Of a DNA stretch of 64,000 nt, positions 9,756 through 19,003 are shown piece by piece. A model generated the notes under the pieces. It was given only the letters and a program-made list of their open reading frames with translations. It did not search any database and had not been told where the DNA came from. Each line of letters begins with the position of its first letter. Within the stretch, counting starts at the first letter, position 1. The stretch is from NCBI GenBank assembly GCA_964467775.1, contig CAYXUD010000117.1, positions 6,873-70,872 on the forward strand, written 5' to 3'. Source of the DNA: an uncultured Bacteroides sp. (GTDB lineage Bacteria > Bacteroidota > Bacteroidia > Bacteroidales > GCA-2748055). Both the position numbers and the translations under genes were made by a program.

Positions 9756-9810
9756 TTAGGGTGGTCAGCAAGTAAAATTAATGATGTACTAAAAACAGGA
9801 GGAATTAATC

Positions 9811-10239
9811 ATGTTAGCAAGAATCAACAAACGTTACGTCCCTGCATACTGGGATGACTTTTTCAATGATAGCTTCTTCAGGAACTACAGTAATCCAGAT
9901 TCCGGCACAGCATCACCCGCTGTCAACGTGGTGGAAGGAGATCAGGCCTACAGGATCGATATGGCAGTTCCCGGGATGTCCCGCAAGGATTTCAGGATCG
10001 ATCTCGAAGACCATATTCTGACCATCTCTTCTGAGCAGAAGGAACAGAAAGCGGAGAAGAACCACAGGTATATGCGGAGGGAGTTCAGCTATAACACCTT
10101 CAGAAGGAGTTTTCAGCTTCCCGAGACCATCGACCTTGACAGAATCAAGGCCAGCCACGATTCCGGGATCCTTTCGATAGAGCTTCCAAAAAAGGCAGAA
10201 GAGGTGCAGAAGGCTCCCAAGCAGATTGAAATTAAGTAA
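9811..10239 (+). CDS. Small heat-shock protein, Hsp20/alpha-crystallin family
   Basis: 142 aa. Alpha-crystallin domain signature (PAVNVVEGDQAYRIDMAVPGMSRKDFRIDLEDHILTISSE...ASHDSGILSIELPK). A strong AGGAGG sits 8 nt upstream of the ATG. Confidence 0.92.
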   Translation: MLARINKRYVPAYWDDFFNDSFFRNYSNPDSGTASPAVNVVEGDQAYRIDMAVPGMSRKDFRIDLEDHILTISSEQKEQKAEKNHRYMRREFSYNTFRRSFQLPETIDLDRIKASHDSGILSIELPKKAEEVQKAPKQIEIK

Positions 10240-10280
10240 GGATCCGGGGGAAAAGATCTTTCATGCAGATGGAAATTTAT

Positions 10281-10301
10281 GACCGGGGGAATTCCCCGGT
10301 C
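10281..10301. terminator. Bidirectional hairpin between convergent hsp20 and pgi
   Basis: GACCGGGG-gaatt-CCCCGGTC forms a perfect 8-bp GC-rich stem with a 5-nt loop. It lies between two convergent stop codons. The flanking T/A tracts are weak. Confidence 0.5.
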
Positions 10302-10327
10302 CTTTCACATCATCTGTACGGTTTTGT

Positions 10328-11662
10328 TTAAAGCCTGGCTTTGATCCTGGCTGTTTGCTCCTCGAATCCGGGTTTTTCAAGCAGGGCGAACATATTCCGT
10401 TTATAGGCCTCTACTCCTGGTTGGTTAAAAGGATTGATGCCCAGCATATAACCACTGATTCCGCAGGCATTCTCAAAGAAATAGAGCAGCTCTCCCAGGT
10501 GGTATTCATGGATGCGGGGAATGGAGATTCGGATATTGGGCACCCCTCCGTCCAGATGGGCCAGGATAGTCGCGAGTTCCGCCATTTTATTCACATGGTC
10601 GATATACTTGCCAGCCAGGTAATTCAATTTGTCCAGGTTGGCAGCATCTTCAGGGATAACCAATGCATGTTCGGCCTTTTCCACACTGATCACGGTTTCG
10701 AAGAGGATTCGCTCCCCATCCTGGATGTACTGTCCCATGGAGTGGAGATCGGTGGAATTGTCCACCGAGGAGGGATAGATCCCTCTGCCATCCTTCCCTT
10801 CACTTTCACCAAAGAGCTGTTTCCACCATTCCGACAGGTAGTGGAGTTTGTTCTGGTAGTTCACCAGGATCTCGATCTTTTTGCCTGAACTGTAAAGGGC
10901 ATGACGGGTGGCTGCATAAAGGGCCGCCGGGTCCTCCTCCACCGCCACTCCCTGTCCGCAACGGCCGCACATGTCACGTGCTCCGTCAACGAGCTGACCG
11001 ATGTCTGTGCCGCAGATGGCCAGGGGGACCAGGCCAACCGGAGTGAATACCGAAAAACGGCCTCCCACATTGCCGGGGATGACATAGCTGCGGTATCCCT
11101 CCCCGTCAGCGAGCTGCCTGAGGGCTCCTCTATCCTGATCGGTGACGGCTATGATCCGTTTTCCTGCTTCTTTCTTCCCGACCTTATGAACCAGATGGTC
11201 CTTCAGGATCCTGAATGCGATAGCCGGCTCGGTGGTGGTTCCGGACTTGGAGATCACAACAATTGAATAACTATAATCATTCAGGGTTTCCAGGAGTTCG
11301 TGCATGTAATCCTCCCCGATATGGTAGCCTGCAAATATCATGCGGGGGGCCTGCTCTGTTTTTTGAAGATGCGCAAAGTTATGGGCAAGGGCATCATTCA
11401 CAGCCCTGGTTCCAAGGTAGGATCCCCCGATTCCCACCACCACAAGAAGTTCAGACCTGCTCCTGATTTCCCCCGCTACGTCTTCAATAAGGCCGAGCTG
11501 TTGAGGAGTGATCCCCTGAGGAAGGTTCAGCCACCCCAGATAATCATTGCCGGCCCCTTTCCCTTCATACAGCATCCGTTTTGCTGTGGCTGCCTTTTCG
11601 GTGAAGCGTCGGAACTCCTCTGCAGGGATGAAGTCACTGACCCTTGAAATATCGAGGTTCAT
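10328..11662 (-). CDS. pgi: Glucose-6-phosphate isomerase (short bacterial type)
   Basis: 444 aa. SIS-domain motifs VVVGIGGSYLG and VISKSGTTTEP, plus a PGI C-terminal region (GINPFNQPGVEAYK). Confidence 0.93.
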   Translation of the reverse strand: MNLDISRVSDFIPAEEFRRFTEKAATAKRMLYEGKGAGNDYLGWLNLPQGITPQQLGLIEDVAGEIRSRSELLVVVGIGGSYLGTRAVNDALAHNFAHLQKTEQAPRMIFAGYHIGEDYMHELLETLNDYSYSIVVISKSGTTTEPAIAFRILKDHLVHKVGKKEAGKRIIAVTDQDRGALRQLADGEGYRSYVIPGNVGGRFSVFTPVGLVPLAICGTDIGQLVDGARDMCGRCGQGVAVEEDPAALYAATRHALYSSGKKIEILVNYQNKLHYLSEWWKQLFGESEGKDGRGIYPSSVDNSTDLHSMGQYIQDGERILFETVISVEKAEHALVIPEDAANLDKLNYLAGKYIDHVNKMAELATILAHLDGGVPNIRISIPRIHEYHLGELLYFFENACGISGYMLGINPFNQPGVEAYKRNMFALLEKPGFEEQTARIKARL

Positions 11663-11800
11663 TATTCAGCTGAGATTGGTACAGGCGCAAAAGTAAGGAA
11701 AAAACTTGTTCTGAACCTGGTCAGGATATTATGATTATATTCACATCCGGTATGGCCGGGTTCTCCATATCAGCCGGTTATTCATCAAAACAGGCATCAC

Positions 11801-13438
11801 ATGAGGATACTAAGAATCAGTTTGTTGCTTTTGTTTGTTTCCCTGATCCTGGTTCCGGTCGCCGGACAGAGATCTGGGCTCGAATCGATCACCATTCACG
11901 ATCTGAAGATGCACATGAAATTCCTGGCATCCGATGAACTGGAAGGAAGGAACACCGGAGAGAAGGGAAACCAGGTGGCCGCCCGCTACCTTGCCGTTCA
12001 GGCAGAACAGCTGGGACTGGCACCTGCGGGTCCGGGAAACGGATATTTGCAGCCTTTCACCATCGAGGAGAGGTCATACGAGGCGGAAGCCAGCAGGATC
12101 ACCATATATGACGGGGATTTCGCCCGGATGGTGAACAGGGATGCATTCTTAATAATCCCTCCCGTGAGGCAGGATCAGCTTACCATTGAAGGGGAGGTGG
12201 TTTTCGCCGGGTACGGGATCAGGGACGATGAACACGGCTACAATGATTTTGAGAACATCGACGTCAGTGACAGGGTGGTCCTGATCATGAACCGGGCACC
12301 CATGAATGAAGATGGGACGGAGGTTCAGTTTGATCATGAGAAATGGACCGGGATACAGAACATGCGGTATAAGATTCCATACATCTACTCCCAGGGGGCC
12401 AGGGCAGTGTTGCTGGTTCTTGACCCGAAATCGGGTTTCAGCTCGATCGAAGATGCAGATCCGGGCATTGCCGATTATCTTGGCCGCTCCCTGAGCCTCA
12501 AGTCTTCCGGCGAAAGATCAAAGGAGCCGGAAATCCGGCCGAGGACAGTAATGATCCACCGCAGGGTGGCGGACCAGTTGCTTTCAGGAACCGGAAAATC
12601 ACTTGCTGAATTGCAGCAGGAGATCGACAGGGAGCAGGCGCCGCGGTCGTTCATCCTTGAGAATAGAAGGGTGGAGATCAACCTTCAGATGAAGAAGAGA
12701 GATATGGAGGTGGCCAATGTGTTCGGGCTGATCGAAGGAAGAGACCCGATCCTGAAGGATGAAACGGTGATCTATGTGGCCCACTATGACCATCTGGGAA
12801 CCGACGGGGAAGGAGGGGTATTCAACGGGGCCGATGACAATGCTTCAGGAACTGTGGCGCTGATTGAGATTGCCGAAGCTTTCCTGAAAGAGAAAAAAAG
12901 AGCTGCCAGGAGCATTGGGATCCTCTGGGTGGCAGCAGAAGAGGTCGGCCTGTTCGGTTCCCGGTACTTCACTGAGAATCCTTTGGTCCCGCTGGAAAAA
13001 ACGGCTGCAGTGATCAACCTAGATATGGTGGGCCGCAGCAAAACGGAGGAAGATATGAAGAGCAACCGCCGGGAGCTTACCATTCTGGGAGGGGATACCA
13101 TCAAGGTGATCGGAGGATTGCAGAGTTCAGTCCTTATGAGGATCAGCGAGAAAACCCTTGAAGAAATAGGCCTGGTGGGTAATTACCATTACAACAATCA
13201 GGATGACCCGGGACGTTATTTCTACCGGAGCGATCATATTAATTTCGCAAGAAAGGACATCCCGGTTCTTTTCTATTCCACAGGAACACACCGGGATTAT
13301 CACAGGGTAACCGATGTGGAGGAGAGGATCGATTATGATAAATTCATAAAGGTAACCCGTTTCGGCTTCAAGGTGGGATTCAATATTGCACAGTATAAAG
13401 ATCCGATCACGGTGGATCATCCCATGTCGGGCTGGTAA
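11801..13438 (+). CDS. Secreted M28-family aminopeptidase with an inserted PA domain
   Basis: 545 aa. Signal peptide, then ...NVFGLIEGRDP...VIYVAHYDHLG...GADDNASGTVALIEIAE...WVAAEEVGLFGSRYF, which are M28 zinc-ligand motifs. Confidence 0.85.
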   Translation: MRILRISLLLLFVSLILVPVAGQRSGLESITIHDLKMHMKFLASDELEGRNTGEKGNQVAARYLAVQAEQLGLAPAGPGNGYLQPFTIEERSYEAEASRITIYDGDFARMVNRDAFLIIPPVRQDQLTIEGEVVFAGYGIRDDEHGYNDFENIDVSDRVVLIMNRAPMNEDGTEVQFDHEKWTGIQNMRYKIPYIYSQGARAVLLVLDPKSGFSSIEDADPGIADYLGRSLSLKSSGERSKEPEIRPRTVMIHRRVADQLLSGTGKSLAELQQEIDREQAPRSFILENRRVEINLQMKKRDMEVANVFGLIEGRDPILKDETVIYVAHYDHLGTDGEGGVFNGADDNASGTVALIEIAEAFLKEKKRAARSIGILWVAAEEVGLFGSRYFTENPLVPLEKTAAVINLDMVGRSKTEEDMKSNRRELTILGGDTIKVIGGLQSSVLMRISEKTLEEIGLVGNYHYNNQDDPGRYFYRSDHINFARKDIPVLFYSTGTHRDYHRVTDVEERIDYDKFIKVTRFGFKVGFNIAQYKDPITVDHPMSGW

Positions 13439-13468
13439 TCAGTCCTGATGCTTCAGCAGGCGGGCAGG

Positions 13469-14122
13469 CTACAGGGATTCCAGGTAGATATTCCTGAACT
13501 GCATGGTGGAGCCTTCCGATTGCAGGAGGATCCTGCCTTCGGTAAGTGTCATCCCGGTTCCGCTGTTCTGCAGTACCCCATTCACCACCAATTCAATCGT
13601 TGCATCCCTGGCAGTGATATCATAGCTGTTCCACTGACCCGGCGGGTTTTCACTCGCCTCCTCAGACCTGCCGATGACCTTGAACCGTCCTTCACCGGGT
13701 GTGATCAGGTAGGTGGAGTCTTTGACGGTGATCCCCGATCCCTCACCGATCAGGACGATGTCACCGGCATGATCGTGTTTCAGCTGACATTCGATGGCCT
13801 GGGGCCAGATCATATCTTCCCCCCGTTTATGGAGGAGCACCCCGCTGTTGGTAGGCTGGCCGGTCCAGCGCCACTCCACGTGCAGTTTATAATTGCTGTA
13901 GGACTCCCTGGTTTGAATGTAACCGTTGGGTATCCCGGAAGTCTGGATCATGCCATCCTCTGCCCAGAAAACATCTCCGGGCGCCACATCCGTGGTTCCC
14001 ACGAAGATCTCCCAGTTATCCAGGTTCTCCCCGTTGAACAATACCACCTTGTTATCGGCACTGCAGGCAAACATCATGACGGCAAATGACAGGAATGCGG
14101 TGGATCTTAACATTGTTTTCAT
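13469..14122 (-). CDS. DUF1080-type (3-keto-disaccharide hydrolase-like) secreted protein
   Basis: The ORF runs to 14164, but the likely start is M15 (MKTMLRSTAFLSFAVMMFACS, a lipoprotein-like signal). It ends with the family-typical ...ILLQSEGSTMQFRNIYLESL and has concanavalin-like beta-sandwich character. Confidence 0.75.
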   Translation of the reverse strand: MKTMLRSTAFLSFAVMMFACSADNKVVLFNGENLDNWEIFVGTTDVAPGDVFWAEDGMIQTSGIPNGYIQTRESYSNYKLHVEWRWTGQPTNSGVLLHKRGEDMIWPQAIECQLKHDHAGDIVLIGEGSGITVKDSTYLITPGEGRFKVIGRSEEASENPPGQWNSYDITARDATIELVVNGVLQNSGTGMTLTEGRILLQSEGSTMQFRNIYLESL

Positions 14123-14176
14123 CAGATTAATACAGTTACAGGGGTTAAATTTCAATTCATTCAATGGTTATAGGGC

Positions 14177-15007
14177 TTAATACACATCCGGGACAAAGGT
14201 CTGTTCTGAAATAGGGGGTCTCACATACCCTTCCATGCTGATGGATGGAAGGTCGAACTTTTTATATTTGATCTCCTTGTAAGGTATTTTTGTTAGCAGG
14301 TGGTGGATGCAGTTGAGCCTTGCCCGGCGCTTGTCATCGGCATTGACCACGTACCAGGGGGATATCTTGGTGTCGGTATAGGAGAACATTTCGTCTTTTG
14401 CCTTGCTGTATTCGATCCACCTGCTTCGGGATTCCAGGTCCATTTCACTGAACTTCCAGCGTTTCAGCGGGTCTGTGATCCGTTCCCTGAAACGGTTCTC
14501 CTGCTCTTCGTCACTCACTGAGAACCAGTACTTGATCAGGGTCATCCCGGAATGTATCAGCATCTCTTCAAAGCGGGGACAGGAACGGAGGAAGTCCCAG
14601 TACTCGTCCTCGGTACAGAAACCCATCACGTGTTCCACGCCGGCCCGGTTATACCAGCTCCGGTCGAAGAGCACTATTTCACCGGCAGCCGGCAGGTGAG
14701 CCACGTAACGCTGAAAATACCACTGTTTCTTCTCCCTTTCTGTTGGCACTCCCAGGGCCACAACCCTGCATATCCTCGGATTTAGCCGCTGGGTAATCCG
14801 TTTGATCACACCGCCTTTCCCGGCAGCATCCCTTCCTTCGAAGAGCACCACCACCCGCAGGTCAGTTGCCTTGACCCATTCATGGAGCTTGACAAGCTCC
14901 AGCTGAAGCCTTTCAAGTTCTTTGAAGTAGAATTTCTTATCCAGCCGGGCTGTTTTCGGGTCGTCATGACTTTTGCCGGACTTCGTCTGCTTACTGTTTT
15001 TACTCAT
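14177..15007 (-). CDS. ppk2: Polyphosphate kinase 2 (PPK2)
   Basis: Walker-A-like FEGRDAAGKGG plus ...FDRSWYNRAGVE... and ...SPWYVVNADDKRRARLN, which are hallmark PPK2 motifs. The ORF extends to 15070, but the ATG at 15007 (MSKNSKQTK...) is the more plausible start. Confidence 0.9.
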   Translation of the reverse strand: MSKNSKQTKSGKSHDDPKTARLDKKFYFKELERLQLELVKLHEWVKATDLRVVVLFEGRDAAGKGGVIKRITQRLNPRICRVVALGVPTEREKKQWYFQRYVAHLPAAGEIVLFDRSWYNRAGVEHVMGFCTEDEYWDFLRSCPRFEEMLIHSGMTLIKYWFSVSDEEQENRFRERITDPLKRWKFSEMDLESRSRWIEYSKAKDEMFSYTDTKISPWYVVNADDKRRARLNCIHHLLTKIPYKEIKYKKFDLPSISMEGYVRPPISEQTFVPDVY

Positions 15008-15106
15008 GACTTGCAGGGTATGTAGTAAAAATAGGATAAATAAAGTTATGATTGAAGCTCCTCGCAGCAAAGCTGAGAGGAATCTTTAGCTCCTTCGATC
15101 CTGTCT

Positions 15107-15727
15107 CTATTTTGTTCCGAACAACCGGTCACCGGCGTCACCCAGTCCGGGAACGATATATCCCTTTTCATTGAGGCACTCATCCAGGGCGGCCAGGTAG
15201 ATGTCCACATCGGGATGGTCTGTTTCCACCCTTTGAACGCCTTCGGGAGCACCTACGATGCAGACCAGTTTAATAAAGCGCGCCCCTCCGCTTTTCAGTG
15301 TGGTGATAGCTGCACTTGCACTCCCGCCGGTTGCCAGCATCGGGTCCAGAACCATCACCACGGCTTCATCTATATTCCCCGGGAACTTGGCATAGTAATT
15401 CATTGGTTCCAGTGTTTCGTGGTCCCGGTATAAACCCATGTGTCCCACCTTGGCAGTAGGGATCAGGTTGGTAATGCCATCCACCATGCCCAACCCTGCC
15501 CGGAGTATGGGAACAAGGACGATATCCCGTGCCAGTTCCCGTGCCGGACACTGCTTCAGCGGGGTTTCAATCCGGGTCTCCTTTACTGGAAGATCCCTGG
15601 TGATCTCATATGCCATAAGCCCGGCTATCTCATCCAGATTCTCCCGGAAATCCTTTGTTCCCGTCTCCTTATTGCGGATGAGCGCAAGCTTATGCTGGAT
15701 CAGCGGATGCTGTACTACAGACAACAT
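15107..15727 (-). CDS. upp: Uracil phosphoribosyltransferase
   Basis: 206 aa. PRPP-binding motif [14 protein letters not shown], a C-terminal ...[17 protein letters not shown], and overall Upp character. Confidence 0.93.
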   Translation of the reverse strand: MLSVVQHPLIQHKLALIRNKETGTKDFRENLDEIAGLMAYEITRDLPVKETRIETPLKQCPARELARDIVLVPILRAGLGMVDGITNLIPTAKVGHMGLYRDHETLEPMNYYAKFPGNIDEAVVMVLDPMLATGGSASAAITTLKSGGARFIKLVCIVGAPEGVQRVETDHPDVDIYLAALDECLNEKGYIVPGLGDAGDRLFGTK

Positions 15728-15809
15728 GGAGCAACGAAGTAGAGGGCTGTACTATGGGCAAAAGCAACCAGGATGGCCCCTGTCATGGAAATAGTGTTCA
15801 TGGTGCCTG

Positions 15810-17360
15810 TTATTTAAAGACCGATGGATCCGTCTCCCTTTCGTTACCCCGGAAGGCTGCTACAAATGCCTGACCGAATCCTGAATCCCTGCACTTTGAC
15901 CTGAATGCGAGGGCCTCCTGGACTGTCGCAAACTCGCCGACAGTGATCCTGTATGCACCCTTGTAATAATACTCCCACGTGTTGTAGGTTGAACCGGCAA
16001 TGGTTACAGCCGGCCTAGTATTGGCTTTGGTTGTGGAGAGGATTTGAACGCGGAACAGCACCCGGTCAGGGGCTGGTTCGGGTTCCGGTTCCGGTTCAGC
16101 TGCTGACTCCCGGGTTGCCGGAACCATCACAGGTGCCACATCGGCCCTTTCCGGTTCCGGTTCTGCTATTTCCACAACCGGTTCCGGCTCTGGTTCCCGG
16201 ATCAGGGGTGCGACCCTGGGGACTACAGTGGCAACTGCCGGCTCAGGCTCGCGCTCTTCCTCCTGTTCAGTGATCAGGGGAAGGGAAGTCAGGCTGGCTC
16301 CGGCCTCCACCTCCAGTTTGGAAGCTGCACCGAATTTCGCGGATGTATAACCCGTCCGGATCATGTCCCGCAAAAGAAGGGAGAGGTCCTGGTTGCGGGT
16401 GTCAATGCCGGCAAGGATAAAAGCCTGGTTGTTCAGTCCAAGTATGAGCACCTCATCTTTCTGACCTTCCTCATCCGTGTTGGTAGAGAAGACAGCCATC
16501 TTCCTGCTGGGATGAATGGAGAATCCAATCTCATCTTTCCCGGTGTTGATCAGGTGGGTCAGGTTTTCCGGCTTATCCCATCCGCTCCCGTTGAAGAAAC
16601 AGACATATATATCGTATCCTCCGTAACCCATATGTCCTGAAGAGGAGAAAAACAGGTTGTTATGCTGGTCCAGGAATGGATACCATTCATGACCGCTGGT
16701 ATTGATCTCAGATCCCAGGTTGACGGGATTTGTCCACCCCCCTGTTGCCTTCCGTACCATGAAGAGATCGAGACCTCCGTTGGTGGGAACCAGGTCCGAG
16801 GCAAAGACCATGAATTCCCCGTCCACTGAAATGGCAGGATGCATGTAACGCGTCGGACCGGCAGTAAAAGATAGTTGGTTGTACACGGATCCTTCCCCGT
16901 TGATGATGTTCATTTCAAATATCTTTTCCGGCCTCCTTCTGCCTGAGATCTCTTCTATCTTGGTGAAGTAGACAGTCTTATAATCCCTTGTATAGCAAGT
17001 CCCTGCCGGAGAGTAGGGGAATGGGTCATTGGGGAACAGGAGCCTGCAACTCTCGATGGCGATGTATTCCAGAGGAACAAAATAGGAAGCATCCTGACCG
17101 AAGTTAATATGTTCCGGCAGCATGCCGTGGTGATATTTGGTGTTGGAAAGAAATACCAACCCGTTCATGTAAAAGGCAACATCGTTGGAAGGTCCCAGGA
17201 TTTCAAGCTTGATCGTATCCATTACCAGCAACTCTGTTACATCAATGGAATCATCCATCCGGGCCTCCTGGGCTGTCACCCTTGTTCCGGGGATCGAAAA
17301 GGCAACCAGCAGAAGGAAAGGCAACCCGAACTTGGCGATATGTGGTATGATCCGGTTCAT
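15810..17360 (-). CDS. Secreted TolB/PD40-like beta-propeller protein with a Pro/Glu-rich linker and a C-terminal SPOR domain
   Basis: Signal peptide (ATG at 17360, MNRIIPHIAKFGLPFLLLVAF...; a TTG start is possible at 17372). Repeated PD40-like blades (...PAISVDGEFMVFASD..., ...YPFLDQHNNLFFSS...). An EPEPEP-rich low-complexity linker. The C-terminus is SPOR-like (FRVQILSTTKANTR...GAYRITVGEFATVQEALAFRSKCRDSGFGQAFVAAF). Confidence 0.65.
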   Translation of the reverse strand: MNRIIPHIAKFGLPFLLLVAFSIPGTRVTAQEARMDDSIDVTELLVMDTIKLEILGPSNDVAFYMNGLVFLSNTKYHHGMLPEHINFGQDASYFVPLEYIAIESCRLLFPNDPFPYSPAGTCYTRDYKTVYFTKIEEISGRRRPEKIFEMNIINGEGSVYNQLSFTAGPTRYMHPAISVDGEFMVFASDLVPTNGGLDLFMVRKATGGWTNPVNLGSEINTSGHEWYPFLDQHNNLFFSSSGHMGYGGYDIYVCFFNGSGWDKPENLTHLINTGKDEIGFSIHPSRKMAVFSTNTDEEGQKDEVLILGLNNQAFILAGIDTRNQDLSLLLRDMIRTGYTSAKFGAASKLEVEAGASLTSLPLITEQEEEREPEPAVATVVPRVAPLIREPEPEPVVEIAEPEPERADVAPVMVPATRESAAEPEPEPEPAPDRVLFRVQILSTTKANTRPAVTIAGSTYNTWEYYYKGAYRITVGEFATVQEALAFRSKCRDSGFGQAFVAAFRGNERETDPSVFK

Positions 17361-17372
17361 TTCTGTAGGCAA

Positions 17373-18353
17373 TTACCAGTGCCTGTAGCGAAGGAATGGC
17401 TGGCCTTCCTTACCCAGGTTCACCCCCATTGACAATTCGATAATGATGTTGTCGTCGTTTAAAAAGCCCACCCTGGGGAATTCGAGAAAGACCCCGGTGT
17501 AGAACTTGGGGAACTGGTACTGAAAGAAGAGGGCAAATATATCCAGGTCCTTCAGATAGGTCCCCAGGTAAAAGTTCTGCAGATAGACCTTCAGGTAGGG
17601 AACCAGGTGCTTGTGTGGTTCCGAAAGGGTGGTGTCGTTCAGCGAGACCAGCAGCGAGGGTTCGATCACAATCCCCAGCTGTTTGTTCACCACGAATTTA
17701 TACCCCCCGTAAAGGTGGTAATGCCTGTCCATCTGCAAGTATGATGGTGTGATGGTATCGCCTTCGTTTCCGTTCTCAAATAACGAGGTTGCCGATATGC
17801 CGCCGAATGCATGTGGGCCATAATAGTAAGCCCCTGCATCCAGATTGGGGTGAAATCTGGTCTTGAATGTGTCAGCGGCAGCTTCGTCCCCCTTCTTTGG
17901 AATGGTAAAAACTCCCTTTGCTGAGACGCCGATCGAAATATTGTGGAGATGCCTGTCATCGACGGCAATATGGTACGAACCTGCCAGTGCCAGTCCGGTA
18001 TTCCAGGAATGCTTAAACTGTTCCTGGAAGGCATATGCCCCTACTCCCAGGTTGGTGTAATTCCCGTCCGGATCCACCAGGCGCTTGTGCAGATTGAGTA
18101 TCTGGTTGTTGGGGTATTTCGAAACTTTCGAAGTGAGGCTGATATTGGTGAAGTCCTTGCTGCCCACAAAAGCGGGATTGATCACCATGGGATGATAAAC
18201 AGGGATCGATAACGGTTTTGAGGGAATATCCTGTGCAGAAATGAATATTCCAGGAAGGAGTCCCGGCAATATGAATAATAGAAGCCTGATGGTTACTCCG
18301 CATCCCGGTCTGATATGAACACTCATTTTCATTAAAGCACAGAAAGGTACCAT
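17373..18353 (-). CDS. Type IX secretion system membrane protein, PorP/SprF family
   Basis: 326 aa. Signal peptide followed by the family N-terminal motif ...YHPMVINPAFVGSKDF.., then beta-barrel-like alternating sequence to a C-terminal aromatic end (...RYRHW). The start may be the internal MKMSVH (18332). Confidence 0.75.
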   Translation of the reverse strand: MVPFCALMKMSVHIRPGCGVTIRLLLFILPGLLPGIFISAQDIPSKPLSIPVYHPMVINPAFVGSKDFTNISLTSKVSKYPNNQILNLHKRLVDPDGNYTNLGVGAYAFQEQFKHSWNTGLALAGSYHIAVDDRHLHNISIGVSAKGVFTIPKKGDEAAADTFKTRFHPNLDAGAYYYGPHAFGGISATSLFENGNEGDTITPSYLQMDRHYHLYGGYKFVVNKQLGIVIEPSLLVSLNDTTLSEPHKHLVPYLKVYLQNFYLGTYLKDLDIFALFFQYQFPKFYTGVFLEFPRVGFLNDDNIIIELSMGVNLGKEGQPFLRYRHW

Positions 18354-18476
18354 TTTTTTAAAAATGAGATCTCACGTGAGAGCACCATAGTACATAAAAA
18401 TAACAAATTGGCGAAAAAAAAAGATCATTCAGCGAAATTAATAGGTCCCGGCAATGCCAGCAAACAGGCGGTGATG

Positions 18477-18947
18477 CTAGTTGGCTGGAGGGTTGATCAG
18501 CTCTGAAACCAGATATTGGGCTTCCTGATAGAAATCACCTGTGGATATGAGTCTGTCGTTGGAGCTGTCCCCGTCACTACCGGTATCCGCGTAGGCATTG
18601 ACCGCACCTGAAGCAATCACTATGAATCTTTCATGGTTGACAGTATCTGCGGTAACTGTATAGACCTGTGAGAGCCCGCCGCCATCAAAAGCATTTGAAT
18701 CAATGATGTTACCGGTGATGGTATTGAAAATGGCCAGTTCGCCGGAAAATTCGAAAATGGTTGGGATATTGCCCGGGGTAAGAACCTGGGGATTCACGTT
18801 TATCAGGACCGTTGCGTAGATCTTCTGATCTTTGATATGGGCGCTGATCTCTGCTGTCGGGTTGATCAGCAATATCGGTTCTTCCTCGATCACGCAGCTT
18901 GTCGCCGCCAGGAATACCCATGCCAGGACGATATATAATGATTTCAT
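18477..18947 (-). CDS. Hypothetical lipoprotein
   Basis: Lipobox MKSLYIVLAWVFLAATSC (ORF extends to 18968). No recognisable domain. It is the last gene of the minus-strand operon. Confidence 0.55.
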   Translation of the reverse strand: MKSLYIVLAWVFLAATSCVIEEEPILLINPTAEISAHIKDQKIYATVLINVNPQVLTPGNIPTIFEFSGELAIFNTITGNIIDSNAFDGGGLSQVYTVTADTVNHERFIVIASGAVNAYADTGSDGDSSNDRLISTGDFYQEAQYLVSELINPPAN

Positions 18948-19003
18948 CTTGATCAATAAAAGAATCAAAAGTAGGCAAACGCTTCTATAAAAACAATTCG
19001 GGG

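Noticed and set aside
16031-16273. A repetitive CCGGTTCCGG/GAACCGGAACC DNA stretch that looked like a short tandem repeat array.
   Set aside because: It encodes the EPEPEP Pro/Glu linker of the propeller-SPOR protein, so it is low-complexity coding sequence. It is not a CRISPR array or a regulatory repeat.
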